Assembly (NCBI GenBank): GCA_051531975.1
Contig: JAOPTT010000009.1
Coordinates: 256,001 to 320,000, forward strand
Source: Spirochaetaceae bacterium
Lineage (GTDB): Bacteria > Spirochaetota > Spirochaetia > DSM-2461
DNA: 64,000 nt
Direction of reading: 5' to 3'
Shown: positions 1-9,790 of the stretch, one piece after another
Layout: each line of letters opens with the position of its first letter
Position numbering within the stretch: position 1 is the stretch's first letter
The notes under the pieces: model-generated
What the model was told of the DNA's origin: nothing
The model's database searches: none
The model's input: only the letters and a program-made list of their open reading frames with translations
Made by a program: the position numbers and the translations under genes

Positions 1-909
1 GCTTCTACAATGTTTGTATATTACAATGCAACTTATTTTGAAGCTGCTGGAATTAAAGAAGTTCCTACAGATTTAACTTCTATGAAGACAGCTATTGCTA
101 AATTAAAGACAACATTCCCAGATAAATTACCATTAACTGTTGGTCTGAAAGACAGCTGGTTTAATGGTGATATTTTCTCTCTATTTGCTAACATGGTAGA
201 GAAAGGAATTACTGAGAAAGCTGATAACGGTGAAGTTAAATGGAATGCTCCACAGTTTGTTCAAGCTATGACAGTTTTAAAACAATTAGTAGACGAAGGT
301 GTAATTGAAAAAGACGCACTTGGTGTTTCTGTATACGAAGATTCAATTGGTATGTGGGCAGATGGAAAAGCTGCAATGCACATTAACGGTGGTTGGGCAG
401 TTGGAATGTTATCTAACCCTACAAATGTAAATGCTGAAGGTAAACCATACGCAGATAGACGTGGTGACAGAGCTACAGATAATGACGTATTTGGTGCATT
501 TCCAGTTCCTAACTTTGCAGGTGGAGATCCAGTTGTTCTTGGTGGAATTGACGTTGGTATTTCGATAAATAAAAACGTAGCAAAAGATGCAGCTAAATTA
601 GATGCAGCTACAAAACTACTTGAGTATATGTTAGTTGGAGAGGGAAGAACTTACCAAACAGGTCGACCTGGTTCTGGTCTTATTCCATCTTTAAAAGGTG
701 CTTCTTTAAACAAAACAATATACCAAGACAAAGCGTCAGCTGATGGTGTAGATGCAATTGTTGATGCAACTAATAACAATATGGCAGCTCCTAGAGGAAC
801 TTCTAATCCTGCTGTATTTACTCAGTTAGGTATTGTAGTTCAAAACGTTGTAGCAGGTAACGACATTCAGTCTGAATTAGATGCTCTACAATTAGTTTCA
901 GAGAAATAA
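1..909 (+). CDS. Carbohydrate ABC transporter solute-binding protein (CUT1), 5'-partial
   Basis: Frame open from base 1; SBP_bac_1-like motifs (FVYYNATYF, GKAAMHINGGW, GAFPVP); followed by two permeases. Confidence 0.9.
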   Translation, partial: ASTMFVYYNATYFEAAGIKEVPTDLTSMKTAIAKLKTTFPDKLPLTVGLKDSWFNGDIFSLFANMVEKGITEKADNGEVKWNAPQFVQAMTVLKQLVDEGVIEKDALGVSVYEDSIGMWADGKAAMHINGGWAVGMLSNPTNVNAEGKPYADRRGDRATDNDVFGAFPVPNFAGGDPVVLGGIDVGISINKNVAKDAAKLDAATKLLEYMLVGEGRTYQTGRPGSGLIPSLKGASLNKTIYQDKASADGVDAIVDATNNNMAAPRGTSNPAVFTQLGIVVQNVVAGNDIQSELDALQLVSEK

Positions 910-924
910 TAGTTTAATTTTAAA

Positions 925-960
925 GACCAGCTATGTTTTAACCTTAGCTGGTCACTTTTA
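925..960 (+). terminator. Intercistronic stem-loop after SBP gene (attenuating/mRNA-stabilising)
   Basis: GACCAGCTA(925-933)...TAGCTGGTC(945-953) followed by ACTTTTA. Confidence 0.6.
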
Positions 961-976
961 TCAGGATGGTGTAATT

Positions 977-1888
977 ATGAAACAACCTAAAACAGGTTCT
1001 TTAATACGTATGAAGAGAGCAGAAGTCCTTTCAGGATATCTGTTTATAACTCCTATTTTAGTTCTACTAGGACTATTTGTTTTTTATGGTCTATTTTATG
1101 TCGTTAAGCTAAGTTTTTATAAATGGGATGGCTTTATGCCTGAAACAATGGTTTTTCGTGGTCTAAAAAATTACAAAATCCTATTTACTGATCCATTGTC
1201 TTTTAAAGCTATGGCCAATGTAGTTATTTTTATGGTTTCTACAGTAACTGTACAGATGTTTTTAGGTTTGTGTATTGCACTTTTGTTACGTCCTAAATTA
1301 GCCGGAAGTGGCTTTTTTAAAGCGATTATTTATATTCCAGTTACACTCTCATCAGTAGTAATTGCAAGAACTTTTATGGGACTTTATGAGCCATATTTTG
1401 GTGTTATAAATGTCTTTTTACGAACAGTTGGTTTAGATTCTTTAACTAGAGTTTGGTTAGGTGACCCTAATACAGCACTTTGGTGCATAATTATAGCTAA
1501 TATCTTCCAGTGGACTGGAGCTCAGATGGTTTTTTACATTGCAGGGCTTACCACAATAAGCGAAGACGTATTTGAAGCAGCCCAGATAGATGGAGCCGGC
1601 TTTTGGGAAACTTTAAGATCTATAGTTTGGCCAGGGTTATGGTCTACCCATACAACCGTAATAGTACTTGGAATTGTAGGTGCTATTAAAACATTTGATA
1701 TTGTGTGGTTATTAACCCAAGGTGGACCAGGTAATGCAACCCAGTTCCCTGCAACTATGTTATATCAGGCAGTAGCTCAGAATTCCCAGGCAGGTTATGG
1801 TGCCACAATAAGTGTATTCATGATTGTTATTAGTGTTATTTTATCCGCACTACAAATATCCTTTAACAGAAAAAAACAGGAGGCTTAA
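977..1888 (+). CDS. Sugar ABC transporter permease (MalF/UgpA-like)
   Basis: Multiple TM segments, EAA loop FEAAQIDGAG. Confidence 0.92.
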   Translation: MKQPKTGSLIRMKRAEVLSGYLFITPILVLLGLFVFYGLFYVVKLSFYKWDGFMPETMVFRGLKNYKILFTDPLSFKAMANVVIFMVSTVTVQMFLGLCIALLLRPKLAGSGFFKAIIYIPVTLSSVVIARTFMGLYEPYFGVINVFLRTVGLDSLTRVWLGDPNTALWCIIIANIFQWTGAQMVFYIAGLTTISEDVFEAAQIDGAGFWETLRSIVWPGLWSTHTTVIVLGIVGAIKTFDIVWLLTQGGPGNATQFPATMLYQAVAQNSQAGYGATISVFMIVISVILSALQISFNRKKQEA

Positions 1889-1889
1889 T

Positions 1890-2687
1890 GTGTTTAAAAC
1901 TATAAGTAGAAAAGAAAAAAATATAACTCAGACACTATTAATCCTTATTTCAACTATATATATTATCCCTATGATGTTTGTTCTTTTATCATCTTTTAAA
2001 GTTGGTGGAATTAAGAACTATACATATTTATTTACATCTGGTTTTCCTATTGTCAGAATGATTTTTAACAGTGTCTTTGTATCTTTAATGCAGGTAATAT
2101 TAATTGTTGGAGTTTCCTCCCCAGCAGCATTTGCATTTGCAAAAATTAGGTTCCCAGGTCGGGATACAATTTTTATGGTAATAATGTTAACGATGTCTAT
2201 TTCGTTATTATGTTTTATTACACCACTGTTTAGAACAATGAAGGCTTTAGGCTGGATGAATACATATGCCGCACTAATATTACCTGCAGCAACATTTTGG
2301 TTACCAATAGCAATATTAATTCTAAAAAACTACTTTGAATCTCTTGGTAATGAGTTAATGGAAGCTACAAAAATAGAAGGTGGTGGTTATTTTATTATAT
2401 GGTTTAAGGTTTATGCACCATTAAGTAAACCTGCTACAGTAAATGTTATTGTATTCGCTTTTATTAACTCTTGGAATGACTACTTAAATCCTCTACTTTT
2501 TTCTAGAACAGAGGAGATGAGAACTCTACCAATGGCTGTAATTTCTCTATCATCATCTATACATGGCGCACGTCCTGAAATCATCTTTGCCTGCCTTGTT
2601 ATTATGGCTATACCATCTATAATTATTTATTTGCTATTCCAAAAACATCTAGGTGAAGGGATGACATCTGGAGCTGTAAAAGGGTAA
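1890..2687 (+). CDS. Sugar ABC transporter permease (MalG/UgpE-like)
   Basis: EAA loop MEATKIEGGG, C-terminal GMTSGAVKG; GTG start at 1890 preceded by AGGAGG. Confidence 0.92.
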   Translation: MFKTISRKEKNITQTLLILISTIYIIPMMFVLLSSFKVGGIKNYTYLFTSGFPIVRMIFNSVFVSLMQVILIVGVSSPAAFAFAKIRFPGRDTIFMVIMLTMSISLLCFITPLFRTMKALGWMNTYAALILPAATFWLPIAILILKNYFESLGNELMEATKIEGGGYFIIWFKVYAPLSKPATVNVIVFAFINSWNDYLNPLLFSRTEEMRTLPMAVISLSSSIHGARPEIIFACLVIMAIPSIIIYLLFQKHLGEGMTSGAVKG

Positions 2688-2710
2688 AATATCAAACTGA
2701 GGAGTCCCCA

Positions 2711-3730
2711 TTGAAAGTTAAGCTTGTAGACGTGGCCCAAAAAGCCGGCGTATCCATTGCAACAGTCTCTAGAGTTCTAAATAATCACCCTGTAAGTGCT
2801 AAGGCAAAAAAAATTGTTGAAGAGACAATAACAGAGCTTGATTATAGACCAAATTTAACTGCCCGGGGTCTTATTAAGGGACAGTCTTTTCGTATTGGTG
2901 TTGTTGTATCAAACATGGAGAACCCCTATTATTCATCTATTATGAACTCAATGGAGTTACGTTTTAGAGAGGAAGGTTACCTTTGTAACTTTGCTAGTTC
3001 TACTAGTAGGGGAGATGAGGAAATTGATATCCTTAGGCGATTTGTAGACTCAGGGGTAGACGGCTTAATTATAGTTGATGTTGGAACAAAAGGTGAAAAC
3101 TCAGGCCTTTATACCGATCTTAATAAGCAGATTCCAGTTGTTTTAATAAATGGAAATCCAGACCGTTTGGATACAAACTTAATACTTGTAGACCAGGAAA
3201 AAGGTATGGAGCAGACCATGGACTACCTTTTTAGCCTGAATCACAAAAATATAGCCTTTATTCGAGGTGCATCAAATGGTTTTTCATTTGTATGTAAAGA
3301 ACAAGTCTATGTGCAGAAGATGAAAGAAAAGGGTTACGATATAAGTCCTGATATGATCGTTAATATAAAGGATACAAATCATTTTAACTGTATCGATTAT
3401 ACATGTAATAATATTTTGGATCTTCTAAAATCTAAAAATAGACCTACAGCTATATTTGCATCAAACGAACTTATGGGTCTTGGTGTATTAAAAGCTGCCC
3501 AATTATTAGGACTTGATGTTCCAAAAGATCTAACATTAGTTACTCACGATAATACTATCTTTTCTCTGATATCCCATCCACAAATGACAACAGTGGATAT
3601 GAACCCAGAACGTCTAGGTATAGAGTCTTCTGAAATGATGTTACAACTTCTAAGTAGTAAAGATAAAACACCTAGAAGGTTACTGATTTATCCTGAATTA
3701 ATCATTCGAGAGTCAAGTCGGAAAATATAG
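2711..3730 (+). CDS. LacI-family transcriptional regulator
   Basis: N-terminal HTH DVAQKAGVSIATVSRVLN, hinge YRPNLTARGL, C-terminal LIIRES; TTG start with GAGGAG RBS. Confidence 0.95.
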   Translation: MKVKLVDVAQKAGVSIATVSRVLNNHPVSAKAKKIVEETITELDYRPNLTARGLIKGQSFRIGVVVSNMENPYYSSIMNSMELRFREEGYLCNFASSTSRGDEEIDILRRFVDSGVDGLIIVDVGTKGENSGLYTDLNKQIPVVLINGNPDRLDTNLILVDQEKGMEQTMDYLFSLNHKNIAFIRGASNGFSFVCKEQVYVQKMKEKGYDISPDMIVNIKDTNHFNCIDYTCNNILDLLKSKNRPTAIFASNELMGLGVLKAAQLLGLDVPKDLTLVTHDNTIFSLISHPQMTTVDMNPERLGIESSEMMLQLLSSKDKTPRRLLIYPELIIRESSRKI

Positions 3731-3876
3731 TAATAAACACCATAACAACTTGATAATAATTAAACCTAATAGTGTACATTAATAGCAACAGTATAAGTTG
3801 CCATGTAATTTAACTAAACTAGGTATTTAACTGACTCTATATTGTTTGATGTTTATTTGTTATCTAATAATATAAA

Positions 3877-5133
3877 TTAAATAGAACTCTTTAATAGATC
3901 TATGGAATCTGTTCTATTTTTCTCTAATTCTAACATATATATTTCATCCTTTATTATTATTGAACGAGATTGTATGTTAGGTGAAACTGATGTTTTATCC
4001 CAATCTAAGTATGTTGCAGAAAGAGTTAATTCTCCATCATAGCGACGATAATTTTCTGATTCTGAATGTGTAATCCCTGGTAAAATAATTTCAAATACAT
4101 CAGAATAATCTACATAGAAACCTTCACTGTTTTCCCAAAGAGCACCACCTGTAAACATAACATTCTCTGTTATTCCATTTTGCACTGTCCATTCTATTTC
4201 ATTATTAATAAGTTCATTAGATATTACCACATTTGGGCTCACAGGACTTAAAGTTTCAGGAGTCCCAGGTTCAAATAATATAGTTATTCCTGCAACATCC
4301 TCAGTTTGAATGTTGCTTTCTCCTATCTCCAAGTCATTAATTATAAAAAAATAAGCTTCTGAATTAGGTGTAAGACAGGTATATGTATTAAAACCAATTT
4401 CGCCAGATAGTTGGGTACCTTCTCCATCAATATAGGTATATTTATCCTCATCAAAAGCTTTATTTCCATCGTAGTCAATAAAATTATAATACAGTTTTAC
4501 AAATTTATAAGAGTTTGTACTGTTATTTTTTATTTTGTAATGGCCATAAACGTATGTTGATCCAGTATAAGGTACATAGATATTACCTTTAGATACAGAT
4601 ATATCATTTTTACTAAATTCTGGATTAATTAAATGAATTTCGGGAGCTAAAATATCAGATTCAATACTTGGATCAAATGTCGTACTTGTTATAGAGTTTG
4701 GTTCAAAGTAAAAGTTGAAATTATATCTAAATAAGGTTGTGTATGTAATGATAAATTCATAACTTCCATCAGACTTAAATATATACTTTTCATCAGTCCT
4801 ATTGCCATTTGGAATTGTATAATAGGTTGATTCTCCATATTCTTGTAATATTAAATCAACTAATTGCATGTCATTTGGTATAATTATTTCTGAATCACCA
4901 GGTTGAATGGTTGCTGTTTCTTTATACATATCATAGGGATTGTTATCTATGTTTCCAAGATAGAGTGTTATTACCTTATCAGAGTTATTAACTACATTGA
5001 TCCCAGTATAATTAACAGGGTTTTTTACTATGGAAGTTAATGCATCTAGATCATTACTATTATTTGAATCTCCTGAATTATCACAGCCTGTTAATACGAT
5101 TAGTATAAGTAGTAGAGTTGAAAGTTGTTTCAT
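3877..5133 (-). CDS. Hypothetical lipoprotein
   Basis: Signal peptide with lipobox LTGC followed by Asn/Ser-rich linker; no recognisable family. Confidence 0.7.
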   Translation of the reverse strand: MKQLSTLLLILIVLTGCDNSGDSNNSNDLDALTSIVKNPVNYTGINVVNNSDKVITLYLGNIDNNPYDMYKETATIQPGDSEIIIPNDMQLVDLILQEYGESTYYTIPNGNRTDEKYIFKSDGSYEFIITYTTLFRYNFNFYFEPNSITSTTFDPSIESDILAPEIHLINPEFSKNDISVSKGNIYVPYTGSTYVYGHYKIKNNSTNSYKFVKLYYNFIDYDGNKAFDEDKYTYIDGEGTQLSGEIGFNTYTCLTPNSEAYFFIINDLEIGESNIQTEDVAGITILFEPGTPETLSPVSPNVVISNELINNEIEWTVQNGITENVMFTGGALWENSEGFYVDYSDVFEIILPGITHSESENYRRYDGELTLSATYLDWDKTSVSPNIQSRSIIIKDEIYMLELEKNRTDSIDLLKSSI

Positions 5134-5275
5134 TTAAGTCCTTTATATATTTTTAATTATCTTATGTAGCTTAAGTATCTTATTAGAATATGTCAAATAT
5201 AAAAAAAATTGTGAATGATTAGTTTCTTTTTAAACTTTAACCCAATGCTATTATTACTATCTTTTAATGCAGTTA

Positions 5276-5296
5276 AAAAGGAGATCTAAGTCTCCT
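5276..5296 (-). terminator. Rho-independent terminator of the SQase operon
   Basis: AGGAGA-tctaag-TCTCCT hairpin with A-run (U-tract on minus strand). Confidence 0.5.
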
Positions 5297-5380
5297 CCAT
5301 ACTATATTAACTAATCTGCATTTGCCTCCACTGTTACTATTAAAGTCTGGGAAATGTTAACTGGGAAAGAGTATAAAGAT

Positions 5381-6025
5381 TTATACAATAAAATCTAAAT
5401 TGTCACCATTAATTCCTACATAAGCTCCTCTTTTTACTGCAGGGGAGTCGTTATGGCATATTAACCACTTGTTTTGCATAAACAGTGTATTATCTGTAGT
5501 ACTGTTTTTTAACGGTGAATTAGTACCAGTAGGTAGAACTATAATTGTACAAAATGGGGTTTCTGATGTTCTACAAGGAGCTAGATGAAGTGTTCCAGCA
5601 TATAGTTCAACTGCGGTACCTTTAGGTAGATAAAAACACTGGGTCAGAGATGAATTCCAGCTATCATTAACAATATCTGTATGTTTTCCTAACATTAAAA
5701 CAACATCAGTAACTGATATAATAACCTCACTGCTTTTATGCCATTCCATCCCATTTAATAGGGTGTTATTCCCAAAACAAATACCAGTCTGAATTTCTAT
5801 TTCACCAAAAACAGTATCTTTTAGATATGTAAAAGATGGGGTTTTATGAAGAGACTCTATATCTTTAAAATATGTTGGACCATCTTTTTCCATAGCCTTT
5901 AGAGCATCTGAAAACATAGGGGCAAAGTTATGGCCTTTTAATTGATGACCATAAAATGTGAACTCCTTAGAGTCCACATTAAATAGCTGTAGGTTAGGGT
6001 TTAGTTCTCTAAGTCTTTCTAACAT
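5381..6025 (-). CDS. DUF4867-family (cupin-like) protein typical of sulfoglycolysis clusters
   Basis: Motifs LNGMEWHKSSE, ELYAGTLHLAPC, LPTGTN, NKWLICH; overlaps the SQase stop. Confidence 0.8.
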   Translation of the reverse strand: MLERLRELNPNLQLFNVDSKEFTFYGHQLKGHNFAPMFSDALKAMEKDGPTYFKDIESLHKTPSFTYLKDTVFGEIEIQTGICFGNNTLLNGMEWHKSSEVIISVTDVVLMLGKHTDIVNDSWNSSLTQCFYLPKGTAVELYAGTLHLAPCRTSETPFCTIIVLPTGTNSPLKNSTTDNTLFMQNKWLICHNDSPAVKRGAYVGINGDNLDFIV

Positions 6026-8010
6026 TCTGCTAAACCCTTAAAAAGTTCTGCATGTTTTGAGTCTTTTTTGTAAAATACTGGTGGCTCACCAATTGGGCTT
6101 TTAACTGTTACCCAACCACCTTTATATTCTTTGCCACTCCAAACATGAATCCACTGGTCATCTGGTAGATAAACCTTCCAGGTTTTTTTCCCTTTTTTAC
6201 AAACAGGGGCGACCAACAGATCAGAACCATACATATATTGGTATTTTAATTTATGTAGTTGTTCATCATTTTCATAATGGATAAAAGCATGTCTTACTGG
6301 AGGTATTCCTGTCTCCTGATACTCAGTTGATAGTTCTTTATGGTATGGCTTTAAAGTAGTATATATTCTAGTCATTTTTGCTAAGTGTGTCAGTGTATCT
6401 TTATCGGAATTAAACTGCCAGTTCGAACCTGGTCTGTTTCCTTCATGTGTTCTCATTATTTGAGTAAAAGCTGACATTTCACCCCAACGTTTAAATAGTT
6501 CTTTAGAACGTTTTATCCAAGCAATTGTAGTGTAACCACCTAAGTCTGAGTGAGTATAACCAATACCTGTAAATCCCATTGAAATTGAACCTGGTATAAC
6601 TGTTGCAAAACCGTTGTCATGGCTCCAGTTAACTAGCTGGTCACCATTCCAGTTCATTGCTGAGTATTTAGAAGAACCTGTATAAGCGGCTCTCATAAAA
6701 AATGTTACCTTATCTTCTGCCCCAGCTTCTTTTACAGCCTCGTGGTTAGCTTTTGCCCAATCGGCAGCGTACTGGTTATGGTATATTTCTGCATCTACTC
6801 CAGAATATAAAACAGCGTCTGTTGGAACATATTCACCAAAATCAGCCATCCAACCAGATAGACCGTTGCCTATCATATCTCTTTTAATAACTTCTTTAAT
6901 CCAAGTGTATGCTTCTGGGTTTGTAAGGTCTATCATAGCTGCTGGAAATGTTGTTATATAGACATAATAATCATCCCCATCCTTGTTTTTAACACAGTAG
7001 TTTTTCTCTTTTGCCTCTGCGTAAAGTGGGCCTTCAAGTGCTAAAAATGGGTTGATGTAACCCATAAACTTTATGCCTTTGTCATTTAGTTTTTTAACAT
7101 AATCTTTAAAGCCTGGGTATAGTTTTTCATCTGGTTTCCAGTCCCAAAATAGCTGCTTTCCAAAAGATGTAATTCTAATACCTTCCCAGTCCTGACACCA
7201 TATAGAGGCAACTTTAACTCCAGTATCTAAGGCATCTTGTAGCTTTTTATCTACAACTTCTGAACCACCTTGTAATCCTAACCACATTCCATCGTAAACC
7301 CACTCTGGAGGGGATACCTGTCTACCTAAGAATTCCGATAAATTAGTTAATGTTAATGGTGCACTCTCCCCAGCTCCAATAATTAAGGTTTCTGGAACTT
7401 CCCAGAAATCTAATTTATGAATGTTTTTATCTTTAAAATTAAATTCACAATAGGCAGTACCTTCCGAGTGGAAATACCAGTTATTTGAAGATACAAACGT
7501 TGGTTGAGAAAAATATGTGGTAAAAGAGTTGCCTCCATAACCCATTTTTAACTCAGCTAGAAGTGTTATAGCATCTTTACCACGACCTAAACCTGGTTCT
7601 TGTACCCAAATTGGTACATTTTGACCTCTAAGGTCTAGTTTTGAGTACTGTTCACCGCAGCCGTAGATATGTTCTTTCTCGATTGCAGGTAATACCATAG
7701 AAAACCTATTTATATCTCTGTTAGATGTTCTAGGTTTTATGTGTACTCGGCCGTCTTGCTCTATAAAGTCAACTGTTAAACTATTAAGAAAGTCTATGGT
7801 TACACTTTTGGAGCTGCTTTCAATAATAGTGAAGTTACTACAGTTCTCTAACTGTAAATTTTTGTTCTTAATCTTAAAAAGGCCATAATTGAATTTGTAT
7901 TTCCCAATACCTTTTCCAATATAAAAAGCCGGCTTGTTTACACTATGTTCAATTATTACTCTATTATTTAATGTAATGCTAAAACTATTTTCATTGTTAA
8001 GTAATTTCAT
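6019..8010 (-). CDS. yihQ: Sulfoquinovosidase (GH31, YihQ-like alpha-glucosidase)
   Basis: YihQ-like blocks GCGEQYS, LGLQGG, QDWEGIRITSFGKQLFWDW, nucleophile WMADFGEY, acid/base WNGDQ, SDLGGYT, MRTHEGNRP. Confidence 0.9.
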   Translation of the reverse strand: MKLLNNENSFSITLNNRVIIEHSVNKPAFYIGKGIGKYKFNYGLFKIKNKNLQLENCSNFTIIESSSKSVTIDFLNSLTVDFIEQDGRVHIKPRTSNRDINRFSMVLPAIEKEHIYGCGEQYSKLDLRGQNVPIWVQEPGLGRGKDAITLLAELKMGYGGNSFTTYFSQPTFVSSNNWYFHSEGTAYCEFNFKDKNIHKLDFWEVPETLIIGAGESAPLTLTNLSEFLGRQVSPPEWVYDGMWLGLQGGSEVVDKKLQDALDTGVKVASIWCQDWEGIRITSFGKQLFWDWKPDEKLYPGFKDYVKKLNDKGIKFMGYINPFLALEGPLYAEAKEKNYCVKNKDGDDYYVYITTFPAAMIDLTNPEAYTWIKEVIKRDMIGNGLSGWMADFGEYVPTDAVLYSGVDAEIYHNQYAADWAKANHEAVKEAGAEDKVTFFMRAAYTGSSKYSAMNWNGDQLVNWSHDNGFATVIPGSISMGFTGIGYTHSDLGGYTTIAWIKRSKELFKRWGEMSAFTQIMRTHEGNRPGSNWQFNSDKDTLTHLAKMTRIYTTLKPYHKELSTEYQETGIPPVRHAFIHYENDEQLHKLKYQYMYGSDLLVAPVCKKGKKTWKVYLPDDQWIHVWSGKEYKGGWVTVKSPIGEPPVFYKKDSKHAELFKGLAEC

Positions 8011-8013
8011 TTG

Positions 8014-8841
8014 TTAACCTTTTACAGCACCAGCTGTTAAGCCAGATATAATTTTATTATGAAACAGTATATAAACTACAATACTTGGGATAATTGTTAT
8101 AACAATTGCTGCATACATAGCAGTATAATCTGTTACAAACTGACTTGTGAAAAACCTAATACCTAACTGTAGTGTTCTAGACGATTCGGAAGACGTTAAA
8201 AGTAGAGCCATAATAAACTCATTCCATGCGTATATAAAACAGAATGTTCCCGCAGTAACTAAACCAGTCTGAGAGAGTGGTAAAATAACCTTAGAAAACC
8301 TTTGGAAAAAGCTAGCTCCATCTATAGTTGCAGCTTCTTCTAACTCTACTGGAATTGTTTTCATAAAAGATGTAGTTAAAAATACTGATATAGGTATATT
8401 TATTGTGCTATATACTAATATTAAAGCAAACAAAGTATCGTATAATTTAAGCTTTTGTATAATAGAGAAATAAGGAACCATAAAGGATATTATAGGAAGT
8501 AAAATTCCCGCTATTATTATTGTATATATAACATTTTTTCCTCTGAATTCTTCCCGTGCTAATATAAAAGAGGTAATAGCTGCAATAAATAGATTCAAAA
8601 ATACAGCAAATACAGCTACAAATGTAGAGTGTAAAAACAGGGTAGGTATGTTTGCTTTTTTCATTGCATTTACATAGTTTATAAACATCCATTTTTCAGG
8701 GAAACCAAAAGAGTTTGTCTGTAGTTCTAAGTTACTTGATTTAAAAGAAGCAAGTATTAACCAAATTATTGGATATAAGGCAACAAAAAGAAAGAAGCCT
8801 AATATAATCCATTTTAAAATATTACCGATTATTTTTTTCAA
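8014..8841 (-). CDS. Sugar ABC permease (probable SQ/SQ-glyceride uptake)
   Basis: EAA loop LEEAATIDGAS, GLTAGAVKG end; in operon with SQase. Confidence 0.9.
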   Translation of the reverse strand: MKKIIGNILKWIILGFFLFVALYPIIWLILASFKSSNLELQTNSFGFPEKWMFINYVNAMKKANIPTLFLHSTFVAVFAVFLNLFIAAITSFILAREEFRGKNVIYTIIIAGILLPIISFMVPYFSIIQKLKLYDTLFALILVYSTINIPISVFLTTSFMKTIPVELEEAATIDGASFFQRFSKVILPLSQTGLVTAGTFCFIYAWNEFIMALLLTSSESSRTLQLGIRFFTSQFVTDYTAMYAAIVITIIPSIVVYILFHNKIISGLTAGAVKG

Positions 8842-8854
8842 TTTCTCGCTCCTA

Positions 8855-9724
8855 TTATGCGTTTATGCCGTCATTGGCTTTAGTTAAAAGTTTTCTGATT
8901 AGAACAATAACAACAGTTCCTAAGAATATTAGTATTACTCCAGTTGCATTTGCCTGTCCAAAACGGAAAGCATCCATTTTATGATATAAAATTAGACCCA
9001 TAACTGATGTTGAGTGTGCAGGTCCACCATTAGTCATTAAAAATGTTGCCTCAAAGTGTCGCATTCCATAGGCCATAGCAAGGGTTATAGTAGTAACTAA
9101 TATTCCCCTAATCATAGGAAGGGTAATATACCAATCTTGTCGAAATGCATCACAGCCATCTAACTCTGCTGCTTCGTAGTATGATTTTGGTATTGTAGTT
9201 GTTGCTGCTAATATAATTATCATGAAATAACCGATGTATAGTACTTGCTGAATAATTATTGAAGGTAGAGCTGTTCCTAATTCACCTAACCAGTTATGTC
9301 CATCGTTTCCAAATAGCTTTAAAAATGCATTTAGAAACCCGTACATAGGGTTATATATCGCCTTCCACATCATGGCAATTGCCACAGCGGATATAATGTT
9401 AGGTAAAAAGTATATTGTTCTAAGAGTTTTCCAACCCTTTGGTTTTCTAGCTAAGATTAGGGCTACAATTGTTGCAAATGGTATCTGTATAAAACCTCCA
9501 CTAAGTGCCCATATAATATTGTTTCTTATTGATAATCTGAAAGTATCATCAGAAAATAGTTTGTTGTAGTTTTCTAGACCTACAAACTTCATATCTGATA
9601 TACCATTCCATGTATGAAGGCTTGTAAATATTACAGATCCCAACGGATAGATAAAAAAGCAGACATATATTAATGTAACCGGTAAAAGGAATAACATTAT
9701 CTTTGTAATATTTTTATTTTTCAT
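8855..9724 (-). CDS. Sugar ABC permease (probable SQ/SQ-glyceride uptake)
   Basis: EAA loop YEAAELDGC; ATG at 9724 (MKNKNI) preferred because the longer ORF start lies in a hairpin. Confidence 0.9.
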   Translation of the reverse strand: MKNKNITKIMLFLLPVTLIYVCFFIYPLGSVIFTSLHTWNGISDMKFVGLENYNKLFSDDTFRLSIRNNIIWALSGGFIQIPFATIVALILARKPKGWKTLRTIYFLPNIISAVAIAMMWKAIYNPMYGFLNAFLKLFGNDGHNWLGELGTALPSIIIQQVLYIGYFMIIILAATTTIPKSYYEAAELDGCDAFRQDWYITLPMIRGILVTTITLAMAYGMRHFEATFLMTNGGPAHSTSVMGLILYHKMDAFRFGQANATGVILIFLGTVVIVLIRKLLTKANDGINA

Positions 9725-9748
9725 ACGCAACAAATCCTTATAATGTAT

Positions 9749-9777
9749 AAAAAGGGGCACCTTTAATAGATGCCCCC
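9749..9777 (-). terminator. Intercistronic stem-loop after SBP gene
   Basis: GGGGCA...TGCCCC hairpin with adjacent A-run. Confidence 0.55.
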
Positions 9778-9790
9778 GGTTTAAATTAAA

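Noticed and set aside
925..953. GACCAGCT in the post-SBP hairpin matches the micro-element right arm
   Set aside because: No left arm or central stem; explained as an ordinary intercistronic hairpin
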